Virus record (IMG/VR): IMGVR_UViG_3300032233_002382
Location: 1-64,000 of that record
Length of the DNA stretch: 64,000 nucleotides
Reading direction: 5' to 3' (one strand)
From: a virus
Taxonomy: Duplodnaviria > Caudoviricetes
Shown here: positions 28,640 through 38,863 of the stretch, one piece after another
Layout of the letters: every line of letters starts with the position of its first letter
Position numbering within the stretch: the first letter of the stretch is position 1
The notes under the pieces: model-generated
The model's database searches: none
What the model was told of the DNA's origin: nothing
Seen by the model: only the letters and a program-made list of their open reading frames with translations
Position numbers and translations under genes: made by a program

Positions 28640-29398
28640 GTTCCGTAAACAGGTGGCGTGATAGTTCACGTCATCCCAAACGTTTTGCGGGCATTCTGAA
28701 TGAAGGGTTTGGCCTACATCATCCAGTGTCAGACCCTTCGTTGATTTAAACCGGTTCATGAGCTCTCGTATCCGAAGCCAAACCATATATCTCATAGCAG
28801 ATCTGCGTCCGGTTTCGTCGGCCTGTAATAGCGATCCTGGTCGAATCCTATACTCGTAGACTGCATCGTCTATATGGTTCATTTTCCCGAACGTCTGAGT
28901 TATTTCAAGTATCATCGAATCGTAACTGACTCGTATGTTCGGGTTCGTTCCGCCGATGCGTTTAAGATAATCAGTTCGATATAGTGCCTGCCACGACTGA
29001 TCCTTCGTGTCTTGGCTCTTTCCATCCATTTCAATGACTCGGCAAATGCCAGACACGGCGTGCGACTCACCAATCGCACCGACGAGCCGTTCGATTCGGT
29101 CTGCATGACTGAAGTCGTCGGAATCGTGCGGCATCCAGAAAGGTGAATTGCAAGCGGCGAGAGATATTGCATGAGCGAAGTATGGGCCTCGATTTTGCGG
29201 TAAGTCATACCTGACGATTCTACGATCTGTTAAATCAGATATCGGGGACCAGCAGGCTGGCGACATCCCATCGTTTATTATGAATATTATATAGTCTTGG
29301 TGTGTTTGATTTAAGATTCCAAGGATGGCGTCTCGAATTAGGTGACTTGTCCCAAAATAAGGAACTGAAATTGTTATTTGTGGATTTTCCATGGCCAC
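28625..29398 (-). CDS. GT2-family glycosyltransferase
   Basis: TISVPYF, IINDG, NRGPYFA, PHDSDD. Confidence 0.85.
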   Translation of the reverse strand: MAMENPQITISVPYFGTSHLIRDAILGILNQTHQDYIIFIINDGMSPACWSPISDLTDRRIVRYDLPQNRGPYFAHAISLAACNSPFWMPHDSDDFSHADRIERLVGAIGESHAVSGICRVIEMDGKSQDTKDQSWQALYRTDYLKRIGGTNPNIRVSYDSMILEITQTFGKMNHIDDAVYEYRIRPGSLLQADETGRRSAMRYMVWLRIRELMNRFKSTKGLTLDDVGQTLHSECPQNVWDDVNYHATCLRNLVSR

Positions 29399-31560
29399 AG
29401 TTCTTTCACAACCCTGTTTTGTTCTTCTGAGGTATTTTTACTGTTTTTAGCGTTAGTTTTTGCTGCTGCATATATCGAGTCGTTCGATGTTCCAGGGAAT
29501 TCCCAGCACCACATTTCGCTTCTTTCCACGGCAATGAATGGGACTTTCTGTTGTTGTCCGAGTTTCGCAAACCAAACATCGGCCATGTTTGGTATAGGGA
29601 AATCTGATAATTTAACATCGATTGAGCCGTCGAAATACCCGATTGTTCCTGATCCGAGCAAGTGTACGTGCGTATCTTTCCCGAGTTCTTTCGCAAAATG
29701 TAAGACGTTTCTTTCTTTATAGTAGTTTGAATTACCAGTGATTTGAACGCCATGTAAACCGACAACTGATTTCTTTCCGTACTGTGTTACTTTAGATACC
29801 AAGTAATCAACATAGTTTGGTGGGTAGTTTATGTCGTCATCCACCAGCATCCGGAAGTTTCCTTTGTCAAACTGTTCACACCAAAACAGTTTCCCTACGT
29901 CTCCCATATTACCATGGTCTTGGGATCGTGCAATAACACACCCGTCTAAGAAACCGGGTATGGACGAGTATCCGTTTAGATAAACACACAGCTTATCGAC
30001 TTGAGACTTCAAAGAATTTACGACTTTTTCTAATGAGATGACTCGTGAGCTTATGGAAGCCAAGGAAGCTATTCTTGGGTTTTCGTTTATTTTATTTGTT
30101 TCAATGAAAGCGACTTTCTTTGGGTTGGTGTCTACGGATTTTACTTCGGTATTCATCAAAGATTTCGGAACGTATGGTCTAACAAACACATGTTTTGCTT
30201 TGACTGAGTGATCATTAAATATCGTAGATAAATTCCAATTAGTTATGAACGAACACTTCAGCGAAGACTGTCGAATCTTCTTCTCTAAGGTTTGTTGTCT
30301 AGATCGAGTTGATATGTGAGTTAGAACATCAACACACATCACCATGTCGGCTTGTGGTATTTCGGATTCTACACAGTCCGACACGATGAATTTCATGTTC
30401 GGCAGTGCTGAAGCAGAACAGGATGCCACCGCAGTCGGCGAGATGTCGATCCCGACATAAGTGACGTCCGGGTGACGTGACATTACTGCTCTTGCTATTC
30501 TCCCATCCCCGCTTCCTACATCAAGCACGCTCTTTATTCCATACTTAGTTATTAGGCGACTTAGTTCTTTTACTTTCCATTCCGCTTCTATCCCCTCAGA
30601 TCCTGATCCACTATTTCCACCGGAAGCATATCTTTGTTCCCAAAACAAAGACTCGTTATAGTCTTCATTCGCCTTCTTCGGCTTTTCTTCTAAAACCCTC
30701 GGCTTCTCTTCCGTTGAAGGTTTTGGAGGCGTTGCAACCGCATTGACTTTAGATGCAATGACTTCCGGTTTTTGGGTGCTGGTCCTTAATATTAATTCAG
30801 ATAGATCGGCGGAAAGAGCAAAAACCTCCTGTTTTATATCAAAGGGTATCTGAGACTCTATAATTCTTCTGATTCTTTCGGCGGTTGCCATTTCTGGCTT
30901 TTCCACCTCTTTAATCATCGTGCGTTCGTACTCTATTGCGTCTTGCCTGATTAGAGACTTTATATTAGTGTTGTCATTAACTGTCAGCGAGTTCGGTCTT
31001 AGGATATAGGAATATAGCTCTTCTTCGATTTGTGTTGTTTTCCCTAGAACTTTGCACAGGTGTATCAGTGTCGAGTCAAAACCGACTCGTCGTGAAGGGT
31101 TTATTCCTCCGATAGACTTTAGGAATTTTGTTCTATATAGGGCAGACCAATGCGGAAAACTTTTCGATGGTAGTTTACTTCCATCTACGTTTATTTTGTT
31201 ATACTTGTTGAATACGACATCCTGATTTGCTGATCTCGATAATAATTTTTCGAGTCTATCAAGTCTGCTAATGTCATCTGAGTCGTGTGGAAGCCAGAAT
31301 TCTGTATTGCATGATAATAGACTGATGGCGTGAGCAAAATAAGTCCCGGAATTCTTCCTGATATCGAATCGAACAACTCTCGGATCGTCTATACCCCTCA
31401 GAGGCTCCCACACTTTATTTGTATCACCGCCATCGTTCAGTATGACTAGTCTGAAATCACGAAAGGATTGATTTAATATACTTTTCACGGACTCGAGAAT
31501 CCTGTCTCCCGTTCCATAGTATGACATAGATATGGTGATCTTCGGATTATCCAGACCCAT
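29374..31560 (-). CDS. Multidomain GT2 + SAM methyltransferase + second GT-like domain
   Basis: N-terminal GT2 paralogous to the downstream gene; FWEQRYASGGNSG...VLDVGSGDG; C-terminal VDDDINYP. Confidence 0.8.
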   Translation of the reverse strand: MGLDNPKITISMSYYGTGDRILESVKSILNQSFRDFRLVILNDGGDTNKVWEPLRGIDDPRVVRFDIRKNSGTYFAHAISLLSCNTEFWLPHDSDDISRLDRLEKLLSRSANQDVVFNKYNKINVDGSKLPSKSFPHWSALYRTKFLKSIGGINPSRRVGFDSTLIHLCKVLGKTTQIEEELYSYILRPNSLTVNDNTNIKSLIRQDAIEYERTMIKEVEKPEMATAERIRRIIESQIPFDIKQEVFALSADLSELILRTSTQKPEVIASKVNAVATPPKPSTEEKPRVLEEKPKKANEDYNESLFWEQRYASGGNSGSGSEGIEAEWKVKELSRLITKYGIKSVLDVGSGDGRIARAVMSRHPDVTYVGIDISPTAVASCSASALPNMKFIVSDCVESEIPQADMVMCVDVLTHISTRSRQQTLEKKIRQSSLKCSFITNWNLSTIFNDHSVKAKHVFVRPYVPKSLMNTEVKSVDTNPKKVAFIETNKINENPRIASLASISSRVISLEKVVNSLKSQVDKLCVYLNGYSSIPGFLDGCVIARSQDHGNMGDVGKLFWCEQFDKGNFRMLVDDDINYPPNYVDYLVSKVTQYGKKSVVGLHGVQITGNSNYYKERNVLHFAKELGKDTHVHLLGSGTIGYFDGSIDVKLSDFPIPNMADVWFAKLGQQQKVPFIAVERSEMWCWEFPGTSNDSIYAAAKTNAKNSKNTSEEQNRVVKELWPWKIHK

Positions 31561-31660
31561 ACATTCTCCTAGGACTAATTAATTATACCCACCAAGCCCG
31601 ATTGGAAACTTGTGTGGTCGTTCGTCCATCACGTGGGCCTCCGCCCGTCGGGTGATAAAC

Positions 31661-31873
31661 ATGGTGGTTTTAATCGACAAGCAGGGTCGTGAGTATAACT
31701 GGAGGGTCGGTCACCCTAAGGTCGAAGATCTGGAAGTGAGGAAACTCCAGGCAGACGGAGATGAGCTTATATTGATCCTGACGAAAGTTCAGAACATACC
31801 TTTGGCACCCAACAGGCGAGTGGTAGTCTGGTCCGGAGATACCGCTCAATTCATATACGACAACGCTCTGTGA
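31661..31873 (+). CDS. Hypothetical early-type protein
   Basis: Motif at 31604; LQADGDEL. Confidence 0.7.
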   Translation: MVVLIDKQGREYNWRVGHPKVEDLEVRKLQADGDELILILTKVQNIPLAPNRRVVVWSGDTAQFIYDNAL

Positions 31874-31874
31874 T

Positions 31875-32141
31875 TCAAACTCGTGAAGTCGGGACTTGGT
31901 TCTCTATCTTTTCTTTGAGTCCAGTGTCGGCAATTCCGTTCAGTAGTTTCAGCCACTCGGATGTTGATAGTGTAAAAGTGACCGAAATCATATCATGGCA
32001 GCCAATGCTGTGTCCGCACATCTCGCAAAATCCGTCTTGTGTAGGCGAATAATATCTGCAGGACTGCGGTTGCCTGTTCGGGTTGCAATTGTCATGATCT
32101 AACGACGCGACTCTTGATGCTATATGACTAATTTTCGACAT
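31875..32141 (-). CDS. Small Cys-containing protein with N-terminal IASRVA motif
   Basis: MSKISHIASRVAS; C..Y...FCEMCGH. Confidence 0.65.
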   Translation of the reverse strand: MSKISHIASRVASLDHDNCNPNRQPQSCRYYSPTQDGFCEMCGHSIGCHDMISVTFTLSTSEWLKLLNGIADTGLKEKIENQVPTSRV

Positions 32142-32270
32142 ATACACCCCGTTTCACGACCAGACGAGTTAGCAAAAACCTATTGAGGAATTTTCCTGAT
32201 TCGTATCCGGAAGTCCGACCCGCCGCACGTTTCATTTGTGGAGGCGGCGGGCTTGCCGTCTGGAGGTCAG

Positions 32271-32525
32271 ATGAGCTTCTTGATCAAGCGTCCTTTTGCC
32301 GATGGACTTGCGAACGCCATTATCCACAACGGTCTCAAGGAAATCTCGATCGCCTGCGATGACTCGTGCGGGATGATGAAGGACTACAGCCGAAGCGACA
32401 TTCGCCTTTACCGTGATAACAAGAACGCGACTCATGAGGTTTGGCCTGAAGTCGGACCTAGCGGGACGGTTTACGCGACGCTGGAAAACATCGAGAAAGC
32501 AATCGCCTGGCTGAAGGAGGTCTGA
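32271..32525 (+). CDS. Hypothetical early-type protein
   Basis: Motif at 32209; GGAGG RBS. Confidence 0.75.
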   Translation: MSFLIKRPFADGLANAIIHNGLKEISIACDDSCGMMKDYSRSDIRLYRDNKNATHEVWPEVGPSGTVYATLENIEKAIAWLKEV

Positions 32526-32526
32526 A

Positions 32527-32703
32527 ATGGTCTACCTGAAGAGTCTGCTGATCGCCGTTGGGATCGTTTACCTCATCGGTTCTTGGGTGAACTGGGTTGG
32601 TGAAAGCGATGAACACTTGTTCCGTATCATGAACTGCATGTCAGACCATAAGGATGTGAGCCGTCAAGAAGCTGTGTATCTTTGCGAACGGGAGGTCCGG
32701 TGA
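32527..32703 (+). CDS. Small membrane protein (58 aa, not in ORF track)
   Basis: GGAGG RBS; N-terminal TM segment; GTGA overlap with the next gene. Confidence 0.6.
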   Translation: MVYLKSLLIAVGIVYLIGSWVNWVGESDEHLFRIMNCMSDHKDVSRQEAVYLCEREVR

Positions 32704-33473
32704 AGACTTGGGTGATCGGTGATGTGCATGGTTGTTCGGTGGAGCTCGCTCAGCTCCTGAGAATGGCTAGTGGGCTGACACAGAACGAACCGCACCGTTT
32801 CATTTTCCTGGGTGACCTTGTACACAAGGGACCGGATCCGAAGGGCGTTATCGCTCAGGTGCGTGGGGTTCTGCATGACCGCCCTGGAAGCGTCTGCCTT
32901 GCAGGGAATCATGAGGAGATCGAGATCCGGGCTTCGATGAAGGATCCGAAGAAGACCCCTGAGGAACCCGTACGACAGAAGCTCGACAACCTGTCGGCGG
33001 ACGAGATCGAATTCCTAAAATCCCTCCCTCTCCTCCACCAGTTCGAGGTTGATGGGAGTAAGTACATCGCAGTTCATGGCGGCATTCCTCCTTCCTTCCC
33101 CAAGGCCTATCCGGAGGGAATCGGGGAGATTCCGGCCGACTGGCATAAGGGCGGTGGAAAGAAGATGGACCGCCTGCGCCGGTTTCTTCGCGCAAGGTAT
33201 GTCAACCCGGCAGGCGATATGGTCGCCATGGGACAGGAGAAGCCGGAAGACAAGTTCTGGGCGGAGGTCTATCAGGGCGAGTACGGGGTCGCTCTTTTCG
33301 GGCATGATCCGTCTGAGACTGGAGCGATCCGATTTTTCCCGAATGCTATTGGACTCGACACTGGGTGTGTCTTTGGTCGAAGTCTGACCGCGTACTGCCT
33401 GGAGGATGGACTGATTCTTCAGGTTCAGGCCGAGCGTCAGTACGCCGAATTCCTCAACAGGAACGCAGAGTAG
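32700..33473 (+). CDS. Calcineurin-like metallophosphoesterase (PrpA/ApaH/Pnkp-phosphatase type)
   Basis: GDVHG, GDLVHKGP, GNHE, VHGG, FGH, GLDTGC. Confidence 0.92.
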   Translation: MKTWVIGDVHGCSVELAQLLRMASGLTQNEPHRFIFLGDLVHKGPDPKGVIAQVRGVLHDRPGSVCLAGNHEEIEIRASMKDPKKTPEEPVRQKLDNLSADEIEFLKSLPLLHQFEVDGSKYIAVHGGIPPSFPKAYPEGIGEIPADWHKGGGKKMDRLRRFLRARYVNPAGDMVAMGQEKPEDKFWAEVYQGEYGVALFGHDPSETGAIRFFPNAIGLDTGCVFGRSLTAYCLEDGLILQVQAERQYAEFLNRNAE

Positions 33474-33491
33474 ATGTAAGATGAGGAGACC

Positions 33492-34196
33492 ATGACACAC
33501 AAAGATTCAATCGAGTATTACCGCAGCGTTGCGAAGAATTTCCCTCCCCTGAAGAGGGAGGATGAAACCAAACTTTTGAAGAGAGTCAAAAGGGGAGATA
33601 AGCAAGCCCGAGAGCTCCTTGTTAAGCATAACTTAAACCTTATAATTATGCTTGCCAAAAAGCAAGAAAAGACCGGACTGGCACTCGAGGATCTAGTCCA
33701 AGAAGGAATGGCGGGTTTTGTTCATGCCATAGACAAGTTTGACCTCAAGAAGGAAGTGAAGCTATCGACCTACGCGGTTTGGTGGGTCAATGCTTTCATA
33801 TTCCGCCACGCGAGGTCCGCTCGCGGTCCGGTCAAGTTGCCGAACAAGCGGAAGGATGGAGAGCTCCCGCCGTTCCCACGTTCCGTGTCGATGTCGTCGC
33901 CGATCGGGGAAAACGATGACGGAGAGTTTCTGGATTTGTTCGCTGACGAATCGCCGCTCATTGATGAACAATATGACCGTGAGACCGCAAGCGGCGGGAT
34001 TCGCTCATCCCTGAAGAAGATGGGATCCTTAGGATCAATCGGACGTGACATTGTTTATGAGCGTCTAATGGCAGAAGAGCCTATGACGCTCGATGAGATC
34101 GGAAAGCGGCACGGGCTCTCTAGGGAACGAATTCGTCAGTTAGAGGTCGGAGTTAAAGATAAGCTCCGGAAGCGTCTCATGGACTATGCAGCTTAA
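33492..34196 (+). CDS. Sigma70-family RNA polymerase sigma factor (RpoH/group 3-like, compact)
   Basis: Region 2 EDLVQEG...AIDKFD...STYAVWW; region 4 MTLDEIGKRHGLSRERIRQLE. Confidence 0.92.
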   Translation: MTHKDSIEYYRSVAKNFPPLKREDETKLLKRVKRGDKQARELLVKHNLNLIIMLAKKQEKTGLALEDLVQEGMAGFVHAIDKFDLKKEVKLSTYAVWWVNAFIFRHARSARGPVKLPNKRKDGELPPFPRSVSMSSPIGENDDGEFLDLFADESPLIDEQYDRETASGGIRSSLKKMGSLGSIGRDIVYERLMAEEPMTLDEIGKRHGLSRERIRQLEVGVKDKLRKRLMDYAA

Positions 34197-34274
34197 ATCG
34201 CATCGGAGATCAGTTCGGTCCGCCGTCTCGTGTGTGGGCGGCGGTGGTCGCCGCCCCTATCCACGGGGTGACGC

Positions 34275-34487
34275 TTGGGTGACATCAGGACGGCTTTCGC
34301 GCAGATGACCTATCTCCGAGAGGAGATGGCTCCACCGGCCCCTTTCGAGCCATCGGTCTACACTAAAGCAGATCGTACTCACATGGAGAGGCGATATCGC
34401 CAGCTTGGCCATTCGATCTCTGACCAAGCGACCGAGTTCCTCAAGGCTAATGGGTTCCGGCCTGGTGGTTTGAAGAAGATCAAGTAG
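34275..34487 (+). CDS. Hypothetical early-type protein
   Basis: Motif at 34205; hairpin downstream. Confidence 0.6.
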   Translation: MGDIRTAFAQMTYLREEMAPPAPFEPSVYTKADRTHMERRYRQLGHSISDQATEFLKANGFRPGGLKKIK

Positions 34488-34573
34488 TCACGAGGCCCGT
34501 GGGGATCATTCCCCATGGGCCTCGTTCGTTTTTAGGGTTATTTTAAAAATCGCTATTTGCTGTAAAATCAGTT

Positions 34574-34762
34574 ATGGAGGATTCTAAAGTGAGCTACGTT
34601 ATTCGGGAAGTTTATCCGCTTGGTGGACATAATGTGACGGACAATCAGGGTCAGGTTATGTATTTTCGGTCTGAGCAGGATGCTGAAAAGACTGCATCGA
34701 CTTTGAACAAAATGAAGAAGGATGCTACACGTCTCTTCATAGTAGTGCCCGACACCCATTAA
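34574..34762 (+). CDS. Hypothetical protein
   Basis: 62-aa ORF. Confidence 0.5.
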   Translation: MEDSKVSYVIREVYPLGGHNVTDNQGQVMYFRSEQDAEKTASTLNKMKKDATRLFIVVPDTH

Positions 34763-35266
34763 GATAAGTGCACTGTTGCTGCATAAGCCAGAAGGACTTC
34801 TCGATCTAATACTTCGAGAAGTCCCTCTGGCGTTCTATTATCCAGGAAGTCCATACGTTTGACGTACCCATCAACTTCGATCATGACTGATGCAGACATT
34901 TTGGTAACTAACACCCGGACATCATTGTACCTCAAGACCCATACGACATGAGGATCGTTCGGCATCCATTTCCTTGGATCAGATAGGGCGTTTCGCCATT
35001 TCTCAATCTCAGGATTCATGTATCTTCCTCACTACGATAATTTGACTCAAGAATTCCACGACTTCTTTTAAATCGCGTGCGGACGGTACATCGTCAAAAT
35101 ATCTAGTTTCAAGGTCGTTCTGGATCCGGACTGAAACTGGGATTCCTTTCCGAGATTTCGCCCCTATCAAAACAGCCAATCCCGGTTTATCGAAGTATCT
35201 GTTAACGGGTAACTTCGTTGTGGTTCGTGTCTTCACGAGATTTTCGAGATCGGGAAATGGAACCAT
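34759..35266 (-). CDS. Two small coupled genes (35009..35266 and 34759..35019), both C-terminally tagged
   Basis: Motif at 35306 (-); end VRKIHES and AATVHLS. Confidence 0.7.
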
Positions 35267-35353
35267 CAGACCTCCCACAATACGACGAACGAGTCGGTAG
35301 ATTTCCGAGTGCCTTATGAAGTTCTTATGTGCTTCCGAGTGTAAGGAGAAACC

Positions 35354-35815
35354 ATGACCCCATCTGAACTGTCAGCTGCACTTCGCAAAATCGCCGCTAA
35401 GATCGACGCCTCTAAGAATCCGTCCCGAGAGCTCGTTATTTCAGACATCCAAAGAGTAGCTTCGAGACTGGTTACAGCGGCTTGGCAACCCCACAAAGCT
35501 AAGAATGTAGAAGAAGTAGACATGAGTAAGCTCCCAAGGCAGCTTTTAACCGGTACCACCATGGGAGACATAGTTCGTGGTGTTCTAAAGCACATGAAGG
35601 ACGAACAGCCTGTTAGAATGTCTCTTTCGGGCAAGGGTCCTCTTGGGACTGACATTTCAGTCGACATCGACGACGGTCAGATCACCATTAAGGTGCTTAA
35701 AGCTGAAAAGGATATGAAAGCTCCGACGGATGATTCGGTAGCTTTATCAGCTTCCATGCCTCTCAAGGATTGGGTCAAGGAAAATAAAGCCGCTATCGAA
35801 AAAGAAAAGCGGTAG
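35354..35815 (+). CDS. Protein with N-terminal PSxLSxxLRRIA domain
   Basis: MTPSELSAALRKIAAKIDASKNPSRELVISDIQRVASRL; AAGGAG RBS. Confidence 0.8.
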   Translation: MTPSELSAALRKIAAKIDASKNPSRELVISDIQRVASRLVTAAWQPHKAKNVEEVDMSKLPRQLLTGTTMGDIVRGVLKHMKDEQPVRMSLSGKGPLGTDISVDIDDGQITIKVLKAEKDMKAPTDDSVALSASMPLKDWVKENKAAIEKEKR

Positions 35816-35989
35816 TTCACAAAACGTTCTACTAACTTTTGGGCCGCCTAGGGTAACCTAGGCGGCCCAAATCGTATTTATGGTGCATAATCAAGTTCAA
35901 AGTGCGATCGGAGATCGGCTGGCCACGGCGTCATGTGGATGGGACGGCGCCAGCCGCATTTAGCGGCGGCCGCTCCCTTGGAGCCGACC

Positions 35990-36421
35990 ATGACCCGCAA
36001 CAATCTCTCCACCCTCAACGACACCATGGCGGTGCTCTGCGAGGCGATCCCGCCCATCGTGGCTCAGCCGCCCCTCTATCCCTTCATCGGGGTCAAGGCC
36101 GTCAAGGCCCGCCTCGAGGCGGATCTGGTGGTCCAGCACGCCACCCTGGCGATGCTCTACCACCTGCAGACGGGTGATGAGCAGCAGGCCAGGGACACCC
36201 ACCACAAGAACCGTGCTGGCTTCATGAGCAGTGATGCGTTCACGGGCACCCGGTTGGCTGAGAAGCTGATTCTTGGTCTCGAGCTGGAGCCGGATGAGCT
36301 CGAGCGGGCCTCCCGCATTGCAACCAAGTACTCCAAGCAGCTCTCCATCCAGCTGCGGCGGGTGGCGATGCAGGAGAACCCCATGCTGGCGAGCTACGCC
36401 GTCACTTTCAGCATCAAGTAG
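35990..36421 (+). CDS. Family A copy 3
   Basis: Motif at 35910; GGAGCCGACC RBS. Confidence 0.85.
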   Translation: MTRNNLSTLNDTMAVLCEAIPPIVAQPPLYPFIGVKAVKARLEADLVVQHATLAMLYHLQTGDEQQARDTHHKNRAGFMSSDAFTGTRLAEKLILGLELEPDELERASRIATKYSKQLSIQLRRVAMQENPMLASYAVTFSIK

Positions 36422-36554
36422 TCTGGGCTGAAGACCCCGGCTCCCCTCGAGGGGAGCCGGGGTTCGGCTTAATGTGGATCTGTTTTGAAATAAATCGGAA
36501 ATCGGGCGCGGCTCTCGTCCTGCTTGTGCGGCGCGGTGCCGCAAGGAGTCGACC

Positions 36555-36890
36555 ATGGGACTGGAACTGAATTTGCCTGAGGACTACAAGCTTTCTGCGG
36601 GAGAGATCGACAATATCGTCTACTTGACGTGCAAGTATGCTGTTGACTGGCCTATGCGTCAGGTGGACCTCTTTGTTTGCAAGATGATGGCGGGTCTCGA
36701 TAAGCCAGATGCCCCGACCGGTTCGAAGGCGGTAGAGAAACTGCTTGAAGTAACCTGCGATTATCTGTGGGACCATGTGTGCGGTGAGCCCGATGACTTC
36801 ACCGCAAAGAGTCTCGTTGAGCACATGGAGCCTGCACTAACCCAGTGGTATCAGAACAGCACTCCGGAAGAGCGTGCCAAGACAGAATAA
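36555..36890 (+). CDS. Hypothetical early-type protein
   Basis: Motif at 36497; GGAGTCGACC RBS. Confidence 0.75.
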   Translation: MGLELNLPEDYKLSAGEIDNIVYLTCKYAVDWPMRQVDLFVCKMMAGLDKPDAPTGSKAVEKLLEVTCDYLWDHVCGEPDDFTAKSLVEHMEPALTQWYQNSTPEERAKTE

Positions 36891-36941
36891 TGTAATTTCG
36901 AGGGCCCTGGGAGAATTCTCCCAGGGCCCTAGGGGTGTTTC

Positions 36942-37403
36942 GTGGGCGATAACAGGTATCGAAGTAAGGATCCGGCTTTGAATGATGTCCGATTTCGAAT
37001 CACAGAAGAGATCCGCAAGAATATTGAGGCCACGATCCGAGAAGAGATTGGTCGGCAGGTTAACCGTCAGATCACCCCTCTGCTTAAAGGGGATCTGAAT
37101 GGGATCGTCGTCAGGTACGTGGAAGAGGCCGCAAAGGGGCATGTCGGTGCCGTTCTCGGCATCAATTCCAAAGGTAGGACGAACGATCTGTTTAAGCATC
37201 TTGTTAAGGCAGTTGCGTCAGATCCAGACTTCGCCACAAACATGCGTCAGTTTGTTTTAGGAGAGATGAACCAACTGGTGGAGAGGCACTGGGCGAATGC
37301 ATATAAGAATGGTCTCGCAATGAAGATGAGGAAGATGCTTCGAGATACCTGGCGGGAGATGATTGTGCGGGAGATTCAGGAAGAACCTGGAGATGACAAT
37401 TAA
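36942..37403 (+). CDS. Hypothetical helical protein
   Basis: 153-aa ORF. Confidence 0.7.
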   Translation: MGDNRYRSKDPALNDVRFRITEEIRKNIEATIREEIGRQVNRQITPLLKGDLNGIVVRYVEEAAKGHVGAVLGINSKGRTNDLFKHLVKAVASDPDFATNMRQFVLGEMNQLVERHWANAYKNGLAMKMRKMLRDTWREMIVREIQEEPGDDN

Positions 37404-37492
37404 ATGAGTCCGGGAATCGGCCGCGCCGCGCGTCCTCTTTGTGGGCGCGCGGGCGGGCGCGTCCGACCCAAATTCCGCCCAGGAGCCGACCA

Positions 37493-38176
37493 ATGAGCTG
37501 CATGATCAAGATCGACGGTGTGAAGAAGACCAGCACCCAGAAGGCCCGTGGGTATCGCGGCAACACCCATCGCCCCTGGAACGACCAGCACCGCTCGGTG
37601 GAAGATCTCCTCGGTGTGGGATTCTCGTGCTACACCACCCCTATCATTGAGCACCTGAAGATCTGCAAGGAGTGCAATCTGAATCGGGTCATGTGGTTGC
37701 TCGAGAAGGAGAGCGTGTCCGCAAACTCCCACTCGGAGCGGATCGCAAGGACCTTCTTCGACGACCCCCGGACCACCCGCAAGCAGGCGACCAATACCTT
37801 GGTCAAGCTCCAGGGTTTGAATAGCCTCTTCTGGCTCGGAACCAAGCTTTCGAAGGAGGAATTCTTCGAGGCCATCCGGATGGCCTACCTCAAGGCGGCA
37901 ATGGATTCGGCAAGCTACCGGCAGCTCCCCCTGTTCAAGACGGTGATCCCTCGCAGCGCGCGGGTCGCTTGGGATGCCACCCGTCCGAACGCGGAGGTCG
38001 CGCTCCAGGGCCCTCACCCGTTCGGGCCGGATCGTTCACGATACACCAAAATGTCCGTTGAGAATCGGGAGCTTCTCACGAAGGCGGCCACTCTGATCAA
38101 CGCCAAGATGACGTTCCCGAATACCATGGATGAGCTCGAGCGCACCGCCATCGTCCATAAGATCCAGACTAGCTAG
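37493..38176 (+). CDS. Hypothetical early-type protein, tagged
   Basis: Motif at 37412; GGAGCCGACC RBS; HLKICKEC; ends IVHKIQTS. Confidence 0.8.
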   Translation: MSCMIKIDGVKKTSTQKARGYRGNTHRPWNDQHRSVEDLLGVGFSCYTTPIIEHLKICKECNLNRVMWLLEKESVSANSHSERIARTFFDDPRTTRKQATNTLVKLQGLNSLFWLGTKLSKEEFFEAIRMAYLKAAMDSASYRQLPLFKTVIPRSARVAWDATRPNAEVALQGPHPFGPDRSRYTKMSVENRELLTKAATLINAKMTFPNTMDELERTAIVHKIQTS

Positions 38177-38297
38177 TCTGAAATGGATGCCTGGTCCCCT
38201 CAATGAGGGGACCAGGCATGGTCCGTAAATCCAACATGGAAGTCGTCTGTCTCCCTCGTTCTCTCTGTGGGCGCGTGGTGCGTCCGTGGGGTGTATT

Positions 38298-38636
38298 ATG
38301 CGGATATGTGTCGAGTGTGGCGGGGATTTTGACCCGAAGTCCCCTCAGAAGAAGGCGGTCGGTGGTCTTATTACCCAGTGCCCCGAGTGTTCTGAGGAGG
38401 TCGTGGCTAAGCACGCAGGTGTTACTGCGGGTGATGGTAAGCAGGCTGGAGTCCAGGTATTGGCTTTCGAATCCCCTCAGGCACGCGAAGGATTCCTGAG
38501 TTATTGGAAGGCAGCCACCGGCCTATATACTGGAAAGCAGTGCCAGATGGGTCGAGGCCAACCGAATTCGCCGAAGATGGAATTCCGTAAAGTAACCGAG
38601 CACGGTGTCGGAATGAATCATAAGGGGAAGTCATGA
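38298..38636 (+). CDS. Zn-ribbon protein
   Basis: CVECG...CPECS; motif at 38238. Confidence 0.75.
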   Translation: MRICVECGGDFDPKSPQKKAVGGLITQCPECSEEVVAKHAGVTAGDGKQAGVQVLAFESPQAREGFLSYWKAATGLYTGKQCQMGRGQPNSPKMEFRKVTEHGVGMNHKGKS

Positions 38637-38863
38637 TATCGCGCAATCAGTTCGTTGGTCTCATGGTTGTTCTTTTCTCGTTGCTCTTTTTGGTTCTGGG
38701 TGTTCGGGTGTGCCACGATTCTGGTGCCACCTCATCCAGCGCGGTCTGCCAGGAGGCCTGCTATCCAAATCCGGTAGATCGGGTATCTGGTAGACAGTGC
38801 TTTTGTCAGGCAACCATTACAATTAAGGAGATTCCAAATGAAGAGGTTCCTCGTAGTCGATGA
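38633..38863 (+). CDS. Small membrane-anchored Cys-rich protein
   Basis: TM segment then CQEACYP..CFC. Confidence 0.6.
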   Translation: MISRNQFVGLMVVLFSLLFLVLGVRVCHDSGATSSSAVCQEACYPNPVDRVSGRQCFCQATITIKEIPNEEVPRSR

